DNA of 64,000 nt. It comes from Candidatus Iainarchaeum sp. (GTDB lineage Archaea > Iainarchaeota > Iainarchaeia > Iainarchaeales > UBA10219). Where the stretch lies: the NCBI GenBank assembly GCA_018304425.1, contig JAGVWE010000002.1, positions 288,001-352,000 of the forward strand, given 5' to 3'. This document shows, in pieces, positions 1-9,039 of the stretch. The position numbers were made by a program, and so were the translations under genes. How positions within the stretch are numbered: the stretch's first letter is position 1; each line of letters starts with the position of its first letter. The notes beneath the pieces are model-generated. The model was given only the letters and a program-made list of their open reading frames with translations. It was not told the DNA's origin and did no database searches.

Positions 1-1
1 C

Positions 2-346
2 TCGTCCTTTGAGGCCCCGGCTTTCGCCGGCGAAGAAGCAAAGACCGAGCCCACGGTAGTGGCAAGCGCCGAGGAACGCGCCTTGTTCGAGCCCATCCTG
101 AAGGAACTCAGGGGCACGCTGAAGGCACGGTTGCTCGACGACGGCATGAACGTGTTGAGCGAAGTCGAAGTCAAGGACCTCGTACAAGCCATTGGCTGCG
201 CGGGCAACGCGAAAACCGTTGTCTTCGACGGCATCATCACCAAGCGCTTGGCCGATGAAGCCGACAAGGCCGGCGTGCAGACGCTGGTCGGCGTGAGAAA
301 AGGAAAATTAGGCGAAGGACTCAAGGTGAAAGCGCTCGCATTGTGA
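2..346 (+). CDS. dnaG: Archaeal DnaG-type primase, C-terminal fragment (5' truncated by window)
   Basis: Open frame from window edge; LLDDGMNVLSEVEVKDL...VVFDGIITKRLADEA resembles the C-terminal domain of archaeal DnaG. Confidence 0.75.
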   Translation, partial: SSFEAPAFAGEEAKTEPTVVASAEERALFEPILKELRGTLKARLLDDGMNVLSEVEVKDLVQAIGCAGNAKTVVFDGIITKRLADEADKAGVQTLVGVRKGKLGEGLKVKALAL

Positions 347-373
347 GCGCTTCAACCTTTTTCCTTTCTTTTT

Positions 374-814
374 TTATTTTTTGGACGCAAAGCGGCCGGC
401 CTTCTTGGGCCTGGGCGCGGAAACGTCGCGGATGGTTTCCTCGATGGGCACGACCAACTCGCCGGACTTGTAGAAGAGGTAGCCCACGAACAACGCGGCG
501 AGCCAGAACAGGATGGCCGCGATGGGGCCCAGCAACGCGCTCCAAAACTGCCGGTTGGTTAACGTGGTTTGCCCGGGCCGCACGAAGACATCCAAGGCGC
601 CCTTCGCCAGACCCTGGCAAGTCGAGAAAAACGGTTCCTCGCCTTCCGCACGCGAAAGGCAGTCGTTGACGGCCTTGAGGTTGTCCCAGGAATCGAACAT
701 GGTGGCCGAGGCCTTGATGAACATCAACAACGCGGCAAACAAGACGAAAGCCCCGATGAGTTTCGGCAAGTGGACTTCCTTGCCCGCGACCCGGAAGTAA
801 AGGATTCTACGCAA
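374..814 (-). CDS. Hypothetical membrane protein (2 TM)
   Basis: Two hydrophobic segments flanking a loop with two Cys; TATA-like TTTTTATA upstream on minus strand. Confidence 0.65.
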   Translation of the reverse strand: MRRILYFRVAGKEVHLPKLIGAFVLFAALLMFIKASATMFDSWDNLKAVNDCLSRAEGEEPFFSTCQGLAKGALDVFVRPGQTTLTNRQFWSALLGPIAAILFWLAALFVGYLFYKSGELVVPIEETIRDVSAPRPKKAGRFASKK

Positions 815-876
815 TGGACATCACCAACAAGGAATACGCGGAACGAGTATAAAAAGGTTTACGGCCTGAGCTGCGT

Positions 877-1368
877 TTAATCGGTCTTTTTGGGGCGTTT
901 GCCGCCGCCCAGCAAACGGCGCAGGCGGCCGGGGCGCTTGCGGCGGGCTTCGATGTAGCCCTTGAGACCCAAGATGAGGTCGGCGATTTTGAAATGTATG
1001 TTCGGGATTTGCTCGGCAAGGGCGATTGACATGATCGCATCCACTTGCTGCGGATTCGATTGCAAAACGGCGTCGCGCAGCTTGTGGCCGGAGCGAAGCG
1101 ACACGGGTTTTTGGATTCCTCCAAGACCCCCAACGACCATCCCTGCAAGAGTCGGGTTGCTCGTCACGGTCATCGCCCACACGAACCGGGCCAAGGTGGC
1201 ACGGTTGTTGTAGAGCGTGCGCTGCGCCGTCCTGTTGAGGTTCGAGATCATGTCGATGGTGAGCCGGGCGTGCATCTTCTTAGACCGCCGGTCGGCAAGG
1301 GCCACCCGCGCCTCGACTGCCTTGTCCCCAGCCAACACGCGGGCCATTGTCATCGGGTCTCTCAGCAC
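877..1368 (-). CDS. Hypothetical basic protein
   Basis: 163-aa ORF with Arg/Lys-rich C-terminus; no recognised motif; start uncertain. Confidence 0.55.
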   Translation of the reverse strand: MLRDPMTMARVLAGDKAVEARVALADRRSKKMHARLTIDMISNLNRTAQRTLYNNRATLARFVWAMTVTSNPTLAGMVVGGLGGIQKPVSLRSGHKLRDAVLQSNPQQVDAIMSIALAEQIPNIHFKIADLILGLKGYIEARRKRPGRLRRLLGGGKRPKKTD

Positions 1369-1528
1369 CCGCTGATCTTTCGCGTAGTTGCCCAGGTGCC
1401 TATTGAAGTAAAGGTCCGGATCCCGTGGCTTGCGGGGCGGGAAACGCTTGGGCAGCTTGGGCAGGTTAAACCTGGTGCGGGGGAACTTATTAATAGTTAC
1501 GGCGGATAGATGGGATAGGTAATCGGCT

Positions 1529-1625
1529 GTCCCATGCGAAGCATGGGACGTTTTCCCAGGGCTTCGTTGTCCACTTCGTGGACGACGCCACCAAAAGCGA
1601 AGCTTTTGATGGTTGTAAAAAGGCC
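1529..1625. repeat. 97-bp hairpin-array element, copy 1, directly upstream of tRNA-Val
   Basis: 91/97 identical to 4485-4581; three stem-loops GTCCCATGC-GAA-GCATGGGAC, CGTTGTCCAC-TTC-GTGGACGACG, CCACCAAAAGC-GAA-GCTTTTGATGG; ends TTGTAAAAAGGCC. Confidence 0.9.
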
Positions 1626-1627
1626 TT

Positions 1628-1699
1628 GGGCCTGCAGTCTGATGGCGGGACGCGACGTTTACACCGTCGAGGTAGTCGGTTCGATTCCGGCCAGGCCCA
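1628..1699 (+). tRNA. tRNA-Val(TAC), atypical D-arm/core
   Basis: Acceptor GGGCCTG/CAGGCCC-A, anticodon arm CGACG-TTTACAC-CGTCG, T arm GTCGG-TTCGATT-CCGGC; 72 nt. Confidence 0.85.
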
Positions 1700-1711
1700 T
1701 GGGATAGCAGC

Positions 1712-2578
1712 TCATTTTTTTTCGTTCACGGTTTTGGTTCGGGCCAAGGCATTGAAGTAGGCGTAGACCAGGACTGCTTCGAGTGCCGCGACGAGGATGC
1801 CGGTGCCGGTCTTGTAGAAGACGGTGGCAAGGAAGGGCGCCACGAAGGATAGGAAGGCGAGCAGCTTCCAGAGGCCGAGGAAGCGGCTGTCAAAGAAGTA
1901 CGCGCTCGCGTTGCCGTTGAGGGTCAACGCCGTCAACCCGGCGAGGATGACCACGACGATGAAGGTAATCCAGTTGTAGTCCTCCATGGCGTAGTTGTAG
2001 ACCACGTACTGGTCCGCGCTGAAGAAGGGAACGTCGAGGAAACCGTCATAGCTGTGGAAGACCGTGGCGGCCATGGCGTCTCCTTTCCGGGCTTCCAAGG
2101 CGTACTCGCCGCGGAGGGTGACGGGGAACAAGGCGAAGCCCGTGGCATCGGTTTTGAGGGTCCGCGTTTCGTCGTTGGGTAGCCGGATTTTGACTTCGGC
2201 GTCCTGGAGGGGCGTGCCATCGGCTGCCACGACGCGGGGGTCGGCGGTGTCGCCCAGGAACTGGACGGGCCGGATTTCGACGAGGATCAGCGAAGCGACC
2301 GGGCCCTCCACCAACTCGTGGAAGGAGTCGAGGAACGAGCGCGGCCGGCAGCCGGCCAGGCCGTCAAAGACCTTTCCGGGCGGGCAGATGGGGTGGCGCA
2401 GGGTCAAGTCGCATTCGAAGCCGGGTTTCATGGTGGACTTGATTTGCTGACAGAACTCGGCGGCAGTCAAGGCGTTGACGTCCAGCAAGGGCGGGCTGGA
2501 AGTGGACTGGGCCCACGCGGGAAAGGCAAGCCCCAACAAGGCAACGACGAGCAAGAGGGTGCGAAGCGTTGGTTGCAT
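1712..2578 (-). CDS. Secreted/membrane protein with Ig-like (carboxypeptidase-regulatory-like) domain and C-terminal TM helices
   Basis: Signal peptide (AWAQ), GTPLQDAEVKI...TLKTDATGFA beta-sandwich motif, 3-4 C-terminal TM segments. Confidence 0.65.
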   Translation of the reverse strand: MQPTLRTLLLVVALLGLAFPAWAQSTSSPPLLDVNALTAAEFCQQIKSTMKPGFECDLTLRHPICPPGKVFDGLAGCRPRSFLDSFHELVEGPVASLILVEIRPVQFLGDTADPRVVAADGTPLQDAEVKIRLPNDETRTLKTDATGFALFPVTLRGEYALEARKGDAMAATVFHSYDGFLDVPFFSADQYVVYNYAMEDYNWITFIVVVILAGLTALTLNGNASAYFFDSRFLGLWKLLAFLSFVAPFLATVFYKTGTGILVAALEAVLVYAYFNALARTKTVNEKK

Positions 2579-2653
2579 GGCAAAACCATTGGAAAGGCTT
2601 TACCCTAATTAAAGCGGTTATCCATAAAAACACTTGGTTGGGCATTGCATGGT

Positions 2654-4453
2654 ATGCGCGTCCAAGCCCTGGCCCTGTGCCTGGTAGTCCTGCTTTTTTT
2701 GCTGGGCCCGGCGGCCGCCCTTACATTCCGGCCTGCGACCGTGCAGTCCATGGACTTGACGGTTAACTTGAAGGCCGAGGGCGCGTTCTCGGGAACCGTG
2801 TACGAAGGCGACCGCCTGGAAATAAAGTTTTTGACGCTGAACAACTCGAACACCCAGCAAATCCAGGAAATGGACGAGAAACTGATTATCGGGGGAAGGG
2901 AGTTCAGGCCCACCTACAAGCTGGAGGGCAGCAACAAGTACGCGGTTTACACCCTGGACGAACTCATGGACTATGCCGCTACTCCCAAGTTCACGATTGT
3001 CTCGAAGGCGCGGGTGAAGACCCTGGCCCGCATGGATTCCCTGGTGGACTATGACCTGGGCAAGCCCATGAAGGGCCTGGTCGAGGAATTCCTCCGGCCC
3101 TCGGCTTACATCGAAGCCGATGACCCTGAACTGGTGTCAAAGGCCCGGCTCGAGTTTTCCTCCACTTCCTCCGAGCTCGAGACCATCCGGCAAATCACGG
3201 AATGGGTCAACAAGAACGTTACGTACGACTTTGAAAACTATTACAATGGGGTCTGGGGGGCCAAGGACACGTATGCCTCGAGGCGGGGGGTGTGCGACGA
3301 GTTCTCGAACCTGGCTGCCGCCTTCCTGCGGGCAAAGGGAATTCCAACGATGTATGTTTCGGGAGTGAGCTTTGACGGGGAACGCTTTGGAAACCATGGC
3401 TGGCTGGAAGTCTACTTGGGCGGCAAGGGCTGGATTGGGGTTGACCCCACCTATGGGGAAGCCGGTTACCTGGATGCCGCGCACCTGGTCCTGGGCAAGG
3501 GCTTGGACGCGAACCTGTTGTCGAATTTTTCGGCCACCACGCTGAGCCGGAAATCCATCCAAGTCAAGGCCGTCTTGCACGACCCGGTCATCGAAATCAA
3601 CGACATCCAGTTCTTCGAGGACATCGTGGACGTGCAGGTGGAAAAGCCGGAGAAACTGGGCTTGAACCAGGAATTCGAGGTCAGGGTGCGCTTGAAAAGC
3701 CGGCAGGACAGCACCACCATCATCCCCGTGGAACTGGTGTTGCACGAGGAGTTCAAGCAAGAGGACCGGGGACGGCTGGTGATGCTGAAACCCTTCGAAG
3801 AAAAGTGGTTGACGTGGAAAGCGGTTTCCCCCGTGGAAGGCCTGGAAGGACAGTATGCACGGTATGGCATGGTGTTTTTGGCGCCCGACCAGAACGTCGA
3901 GGACACTCTGGTCGTCTACCCCACGCGGAGCCTCGAAAAAGGCGGACCCCAGATAGAGGCAATCGACGTCAGCCCCTTCATCTCCGAGGAAGGCGTGAAA
4001 CTCGAGTTGGTGCTGGAAAACAGGGGCCTCGGCGTGGGAGACGTGGAAATTACCTTCAAGTACTATGGCGTGGAACAAAAAGCCCGGGACACGCTTGAAC
4101 CCGGCGACCAAAAGCGTTTCGCGTTTGAAGCCAACTTTGCGAAGCCCGGCACGATGTCCCTGGAAATCAACGATGGACTGGCCGTGAAAGCCATTGAAAT
4201 CGAGGTGCCCCAGCAGGCAGTGGAAGCAGCCAGGGACGGGGAAAGGGTCCGCATCGAGGAACGAAAAACCCGGGAAAGCCCGTTGCCCACGCCCCCCGAA
4301 AGCGAGGCGGAACGGGCCTGGAAAGCCCTTGAACGGGAAGCCGGCGCCTTGGTTGAAGCGGTGTTGGCCAATGAAGGAACGCTTTACGCCTTGGTTGGCG
4401 GACTGGCCCTGCTGCTCATCCTCTTGGTTTTAAAGTCTTTGGTAAGGAGATGA
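2654..4453 (+). CDS. Membrane-anchored transglutaminase-like (Cys protease fold) protein
   Basis: Signal peptide, catalytic triad motifs GVCDEFS / NHGWLEV / VDPT, C-terminal TM anchor followed by RR. Confidence 0.8.
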   Translation: MRVQALALCLVVLLFLLGPAAALTFRPATVQSMDLTVNLKAEGAFSGTVYEGDRLEIKFLTLNNSNTQQIQEMDEKLIIGGREFRPTYKLEGSNKYAVYTLDELMDYAATPKFTIVSKARVKTLARMDSLVDYDLGKPMKGLVEEFLRPSAYIEADDPELVSKARLEFSSTSSELETIRQITEWVNKNVTYDFENYYNGVWGAKDTYASRRGVCDEFSNLAAAFLRAKGIPTMYVSGVSFDGERFGNHGWLEVYLGGKGWIGVDPTYGEAGYLDAAHLVLGKGLDANLLSNFSATTLSRKSIQVKAVLHDPVIEINDIQFFEDIVDVQVEKPEKLGLNQEFEVRVRLKSRQDSTTIIPVELVLHEEFKQEDRGRLVMLKPFEEKWLTWKAVSPVEGLEGQYARYGMVFLAPDQNVEDTLVVYPTRSLEKGGPQIEAIDVSPFISEEGVKLELVLENRGLGVGDVEITFKYYGVEQKARDTLEPGDQKRFAFEANFAKPGTMSLEINDGLAVKAIEIEVPQQAVEAARDGERVRIEERKTRESPLPTPPESEAERAWKALEREAGALVEAVLANEGTLYALVGGLALLLILLVLKSLVRR

Positions 4454-4484
4454 ATTAAGCGTGCGAGGCCGAGAGGCCGAGCCA

Positions 4485-4581
4485 GTCCCCTGCCGCGCAG
4501 GGGACGTTTTCCCCGGGCTTCGTTGTCCACTTCGTGGACGACGCCACCAAAAGCGAAGCTTTTGATGGTTGTAAAAAGGCC
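4485..4581. repeat. 97-bp hairpin-array element, copy 2, abutting tRNA-Gly(GCC)
   Basis: Near-identical to 1529-1625 with a compensatory A:T to C:G change in the first stem. Confidence 0.9.
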
Positions 4582-4653
4582 GCGACCGTAGTCTAGTGGT
4601 TAGGATTCGACCTTGCCAAGGTCGAGACTCGGGTTCGACCCCCGACGGTCGCA
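4582..4653 (+). tRNA. tRNA-Gly(GCC)
   Basis: GCGACCG/CGGTCGC-A acceptor, CGACC-TTGCCAA-GGTCG anticodon arm, GGTTCGA T-loop; 72 nt. Confidence 0.95.
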
Positions 4654-4721
4654 CTTCCACTTTCCCTGGCTTGCAGCCGTTCACGGATTAGCTATATATA
4701 CCCTTTGCGGCTAATTAGGGC

Positions 4722-6680
4722 GTGAAAGTACCGGTCGCCGGCCTGCTCGTCTTCGCCCTTGTTTTCCTCGGCATCTTTTCCTACGCCCAAAACCCAGACC
4801 AAGGGGAAGGAAATGAATTCGACCATGGCTTCGAGAACGATTTCTCCGAAGGCCTCCCGCAAGCCAGCGCGGCCGACCAAGACTATGTGGCGCGGGCGAG
4901 CCTCACTTCCGCCATGGCCAGCGCGTACACGTGGATTGGCGACAATGCAACTGAATTTGTCGCGGGCTGCAGGGGAGAAAGGCAGTCGCTGGTTTCCCGG
5001 CTCGCCGGCGTGATAAAGCAATCGGGTGAGGCGTCCACCGCATGCGCGTTGCTCAAGTCAGAGGCAGACGCCTGCACGCCTTCAACCTATTGCCCGGCCC
5101 TGGGCAAGGGAAAAATGCCTTTCCCATCCCACATGAAGTCGCAGTTTGAGAAGGCCGGCATCAATGTTTCCGAGCTTTCACTGGACCAAATCAATGCCGC
5201 GATGATGGAAAAAGTCTGCGCCGCCCGGTTCAAGTCCGAAATCGACAAACAGAAAGAGAAGCAGGAAGAGATGAGGCAGAAGGTAAAGGAAAAGCTCTCC
5301 GAGTTCCGGCAAAAATGCGAGGGATTCAAGAAGCGGCGGGCAGAACAGGAAAACCGTGGGTTTGAGGATTTCCGTTTCCCTGAGTTGCCTGACTTCGGGC
5401 CCCCGGGGCAAGGCCAACCCCATAGGGACGGGTGTTCTTCGCCTCCCCCTCGGTGCCCCGGCGACGCGCGCTCCTGGTGCAAGAATGACCGATGGGAGTG
5501 CGAGCCCGCTCCACCACAGCATCCACAAGAACAACAGGCTTGGCAGCAGCCGCGGCCACCCATGGAGCCCCAGCCGCGGAGGGAACCCGTGCCACCCCAG
5601 GAGACCCATGAGCCTTCGGAGCCGGAGGAAGCGGATGCTGAACCACAGGAAACAGAGGATGAGCCAAGCCCGGAGCCCGCCGAAGAGCCGGAGCCAACCG
5701 AGCCGGCGGAGGCCGCGGCCCAGCGTGTGCTGGCTGGCGTTTTCCCGATTACCGGGTTTGTCACCGGGGTTGAAGAACCCCCACAGCCCTACCCACAAGA
5801 ACAGGCAAGCGGCACTGCTCCTTACCCACCCAACCCGCCCTACGGGCAATATGAGGGCGGCCAACCCGGCCAAGGCTATGGCAGCCAACCATATCCTCAA
5901 CCTCAACCGCCTTACCGGCCTGAAAACCGGCCAGGCGGGGGCGGTGGAGGCTATAGACAAGAAGGGCAACCCTCCCAACAAGGCCCCCCATATGGGGGCA
6001 GCAACCAGGGCGGGCAAGGCTATGGCTCTCCCGGGCCAGGACCCTCGCCAGAGCAATTGTGTGACATGAGCGACGACGAAATCCTGGACGCCATGATGTC
6101 GCAGACGCCCTTTGACGGGATGGAACAGCAGGGCAGCCGGTGCAAGGAAGAAGCCACCAGAATCGTGCAAGACCTGGCCAGCGTCAAACTCCGGCTTGCG
6201 GAATGCAAGGCCCGGGCCGCCGTCATGTGCGCAGCCAAAAAGGAGGCGGCCAGCGAGTGCCAGTCCAGCGTGCAGGACCCGGAAAAAATTGCTTCAAGAA
6301 TCATTTCCCAAATGTGCCAGAAATCCGGCGTGCTGCGGGCCGAAAAAGTTGCCACCCCGGCGTTCCAGGACGTGGTCACCCAGTTCTATGACCGCGACCC
6401 GGCGCTTGCCAACCAACTAGGGGACGCAGTTGAGGAGACGCAAAGCGACCAGCAGCGCCTCGGCATCCTCAGCAAGCTCTTCGGCGACGGGGACTACGCC
6501 CAAAGAATCCGGGGCCGCGCTGAAAGCCTGGCCGCCATCCGGGCGAAGCTCGCAGCCGACGAAAACATCGACCCCAAAATCCTTGACGCCCTGGACGAGC
6601 AAGTCAAGCAACTCAACGGCGAGGCCGACCAGTTCGCCAACATCCTGAACATGGCAAGGCTCGGAAAACTTTTCGGGTAA
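4722..6680 (+). CDS. Large secreted Cys-containing protein with Pro/Gln/Gly-rich disordered centre
   Basis: Signal peptide, Cys-patterned helical ends, central PQ/PE/GQGYG low-complexity region; TATA (CTATATATA) upstream. Confidence 0.75.
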   Translation: MKVPVAGLLVFALVFLGIFSYAQNPDQGEGNEFDHGFENDFSEGLPQASAADQDYVARASLTSAMASAYTWIGDNATEFVAGCRGERQSLVSRLAGVIKQSGEASTACALLKSEADACTPSTYCPALGKGKMPFPSHMKSQFEKAGINVSELSLDQINAAMMEKVCAARFKSEIDKQKEKQEEMRQKVKEKLSEFRQKCEGFKKRRAEQENRGFEDFRFPELPDFGPPGQGQPHRDGCSSPPPRCPGDARSWCKNDRWECEPAPPQHPQEQQAWQQPRPPMEPQPRREPVPPQETHEPSEPEEADAEPQETEDEPSPEPAEEPEPTEPAEAAAQRVLAGVFPITGFVTGVEEPPQPYPQEQASGTAPYPPNPPYGQYEGGQPGQGYGSQPYPQPQPPYRPENRPGGGGGGYRQEGQPSQQGPPYGGSNQGGQGYGSPGPGPSPEQLCDMSDDEILDAMMSQTPFDGMEQQGSRCKEEATRIVQDLASVKLRLAECKARAAVMCAAKKEAASECQSSVQDPEKIASRIISQMCQKSGVLRAEKVATPAFQDVVTQFYDRDPALANQLGDAVEETQSDQQRLGILSKLFGDGDYAQRIRGRAESLAAIRAKLAADENIDPKILDALDEQVKQLNGEADQFANILNMARLGKLFG

Positions 6681-6722
6681 AACCGCGCGCCGTTTAAAAG
6701 CCTTTAGGCGTTTGGTGCGTGT

Positions 6723-7007
6723 ATGCCCGGCCGTTGGACCCTGCCCGAAATCAGTGCCTTGTTGCGGCGCAAGAAGCAGGTCGCGGAAATGGGTTCCAGC
6801 GAAGTCAACCGCGAACTCTTGAACGCGGGGTACTCGAATGCGCCCATGCGGGAGCGGCTTTCCACGATTGAACGCAAGCGCGTGCTCTTGGCGAAGACCG
6901 TGCTGGCCCCAGCCGAGTTCACGGAATTGGTGAACGCGTTAAGCGATGAAAGGACGTTCTCCGTGGCCCGCAAGAAACTAGGCGAAGACTTTGCCGAACA
7001 ATGCTAG
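6723..7007 (+). CDS. Hypothetical protein
   Basis: 94-aa ORF preceded by TTTAAAA box; stop overlaps tmk stop region. Confidence 0.55.
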   Translation: MPGRWTLPEISALLRRKKQVAEMGSSEVNRELLNAGYSNAPMRERLSTIERKRVLLAKTVLAPAEFTELVNALSDERTFSVARKKLGEDFAEQC

Positions 7008-7654
7008 GGAAGGAACGCGTCCAAGAGCTTTTTTACGTCCGGCATGATTTCCCGGAGCGGGCGGCAGGCGTCAAGGACCTGGATGTTCTCGCCGGGAAAG
7101 AATCCAGGCATGCGCTGGAAGACTCCCCGGATTTCTTCCTGGAAGTCCACGCGCTCGAATTTCTCCAGGTAGGCGCGGCGCTTGTCGGCCTGCATGCGCT
7201 CCAAGGCAATGGAGGCCGGGACGTCCAGGATAAGGGCGAGGCCTGGCACCGGGAGGCCCTTGTGCAGGTCCACGATTTCCTGCACGGGAATGCCTTGCGC
7301 GGACTGGTAAGCAAGGGTAGCATACTTGTAGCGGTCGCATACCACGATTTTTCCGGCGACGAGGGCAGGCAACAACTCCTTTTTGACGTGCTCCCGGCGG
7401 TCCCTCACGTACAAGTCCAAGAACTTGCGGGCATTCGCTTTGGGATCGGTTTCCGCCTTCAAGAGTTCCCGGATTTCGTGGCCGAACAAGCCATCGGTTG
7501 GCTCGGCGGTCAACAGCAACCGGTTCTTGTCAAGGCCCTTTTCTAACAGGTAGTCCGCGATGTGAAACAAGAGGCTCGACTTGCCGCTGCCATCGATGCC
7601 GTCGACGACGATGAACTTTCCCTTCGGCGAAAGCATGACGAAAGCATGGGACAA
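7004..7654 (-). CDS. tmk: Thymidylate kinase
   Basis: FIVVDGIDGSGKSS P-loop, TAEP, VVCDRY, LAYQ motifs. Confidence 0.93.
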   Translation of the reverse strand: MSHAFVMLSPKGKFIVVDGIDGSGKSSLLFHIADYLLEKGLDKNRLLLTAEPTDGLFGHEIRELLKAETDPKANARKFLDLYVRDRREHVKKELLPALVAGKIVVCDRYKYATLAYQSAQGIPVQEIVDLHKGLPVPGLALILDVPASIALERMQADKRRAYLEKFERVDFQEEIRGVFQRMPGFFPGENIQVLDACRPLREIMPDVKKLLDAFLP

Positions 7655-7681
7655 AAGGAATTTAAGCCCAAGGCCAGGGGA

Positions 7682-8803
7682 CTACTTTTCCTCGTCGGCT
7701 TCGTCGTCCAGGCCCGCGAAGTCGAGTTCCTCGACGTCAATGGGCTCGGATTCTTCTTCCCTGGCTTCCACAGCCGGTTTTTTCCTGGGCTTGGCTTCCA
7801 AGGACGGGTCTTCCTCCTCTTCGGCCAAGTCACGGAGGCTGCTGGCGCCTTTGGCTGGCTTTGGCCCTGGCTTGTAAGACTGCCACGCCGGCTGGGCGGC
7901 CGCGGCCTCGAGCTGGCTAAACGAAGCAACCCGGTCACCGGCTCCACCGGACAGGTTGGCGTAGAGCCTCACGAAACCAAACGAGAACAAGACCGTGGCC
8001 AGCGGCGAAAACAAGAACAAGAACAAGGAAAAGGCGATGAAAAACGAGAGCATGGCGCCGACGAAGGGCAGGACGGAAAGCAATTGCACGGGCAAGCCCA
8101 TGGAAGCCGCTGCCGCGTCCAGGCTGCCGGAAAACATGCTGCCAGCCGCCACGCCGACGAGGAAGGCCAGGACCCCGCTGACCAAGAACAAGAACAGCAT
8201 CACCGCAACCAACAACACCAGGAAGTTGAAGAACACGCGCCAAAACTTTCCCATGGTAAGCCGCCAGGACTCCCGCGTGGAGTCAAACAAGCCCAGTCCC
8301 CTGGAAAGCAAGGCCATGGCCGAAAAAGACAACCGCAACATGTTGTAGAAGACCACCAAATAATAGAGCATCAAGAGGATGCCAACCCAGGAAAAGACCT
8401 CCATGAAGCCCAACGGGTTCTGGGCAGCGGAGACAAAGCCATAGCCGAGCTCCAGCACCAGGAAGAGAATGAAGAGGCCCAGCCACTTGAGGTTGTACCC
8501 GGAGAACAAGGCAATCAAGCCCGAAAGCAGGTACACCGCGAACAACTTGAAGACGCCCAGCAAACCAAAGGGCGGCGGAGAAAAGCCCACCCGGCGCAAG
8601 GCATGCAAGGCCAGCCGGGCAATCACGTAATACTGGACGAACCCCAAGAGCAGGGGCGCCACCAACAAGGCCACGGGACTGGAAGCCAACAAGAATGGCA
8701 CGACCATGCCCGCAAACGACAACCCCAAGAGCGCCAAGGCAAAGGCATACGCCTTCAAGTCCTTCAACGCGGAAAAAGCAAACGAAACCACTCCCTCGCC
8801 CAT
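7682..8803 (-). CDS. Multi-pass membrane protein with acidic C-terminal tail
   Basis: About 8 hydrophobic segments, FDSTRESWRLTMGKFW motif typical of GDPD-membrane-like domains. Confidence 0.7.
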   Translation of the reverse strand: MGEGVVSFAFSALKDLKAYAFALALLGLSFAGMVVPFLLASSPVALLVAPLLLGFVQYYVIARLALHALRRVGFSPPPFGLLGVFKLFAVYLLSGLIALFSGYNLKWLGLFILFLVLELGYGFVSAAQNPLGFMEVFSWVGILLMLYYLVVFYNMLRLSFSAMALLSRGLGLFDSTRESWRLTMGKFWRVFFNFLVLLVAVMLFLFLVSGVLAFLVGVAAGSMFSGSLDAAAASMGLPVQLLSVLPFVGAMLSFFIAFSLFLFLFSPLATVLFSFGFVRLYANLSGGAGDRVASFSQLEAAAAQPAWQSYKPGPKPAKGASSLRDLAEEEEDPSLEAKPRKKPAVEAREEESEPIDVEELDFAGLDDEADEEK

Positions 8804-8868
8804 GGACAAACCAAGTAGAGTAGAGCAAACGGGTATTTAAGGAAAACGGGTGAAAAGGGTTTTAAACG

Positions 8869-9037
8869 GCAACCGTGGCGTATTGGTAGCGTTCGAGCCT
8901 TCCACAACCTTTTTACAAAAGGTTGGCGAAAAAGGCCTATACTTCGTATAGGCCATCCTTTTTGCTGACACAAAAAGGGGCCTTCTGGATTGGGTTGAAG
9001 CGAGCTCGAGGGCCGGGTTCGATTCCCGGCGGTTGCA
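8869..9037 (+). tRNA. tRNA-Gly(TCC) with 98-nt intron at position 37/38 (intron 8905-9002)
   Basis: Acceptor GCAACCG/CGGTTGC-A; spliced anticodon arm CGAGC-CTTCCAA-GCTCG; canonical bulge-helix-bulge: CTTC/GAAG central helix, bulges CA|C and CG|A, outer helix AACCT/GGGTT. Confidence 0.9.
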
Positions 9038-9039
9038 TT

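Noticed and set aside
1529-4581. Two 97-bp direct repeats flanking 2.9 kb as att sites or ends of an integrated element
   Set aside because: The repeats are upstream of two different intact tRNAs rather than duplicated tRNA 3' ends, and there is no integrase or transposase between them.
7562-8818. 418-aa plus-strand ORF and other long antisense ORFs (e.g. 3137-4111, 19300-20382, 24980-26104, 57777-58967, 60072-61361)
   Set aside because: Shadow frames of well-supported genes on the opposite strand in GC-rich DNA; no motifs.
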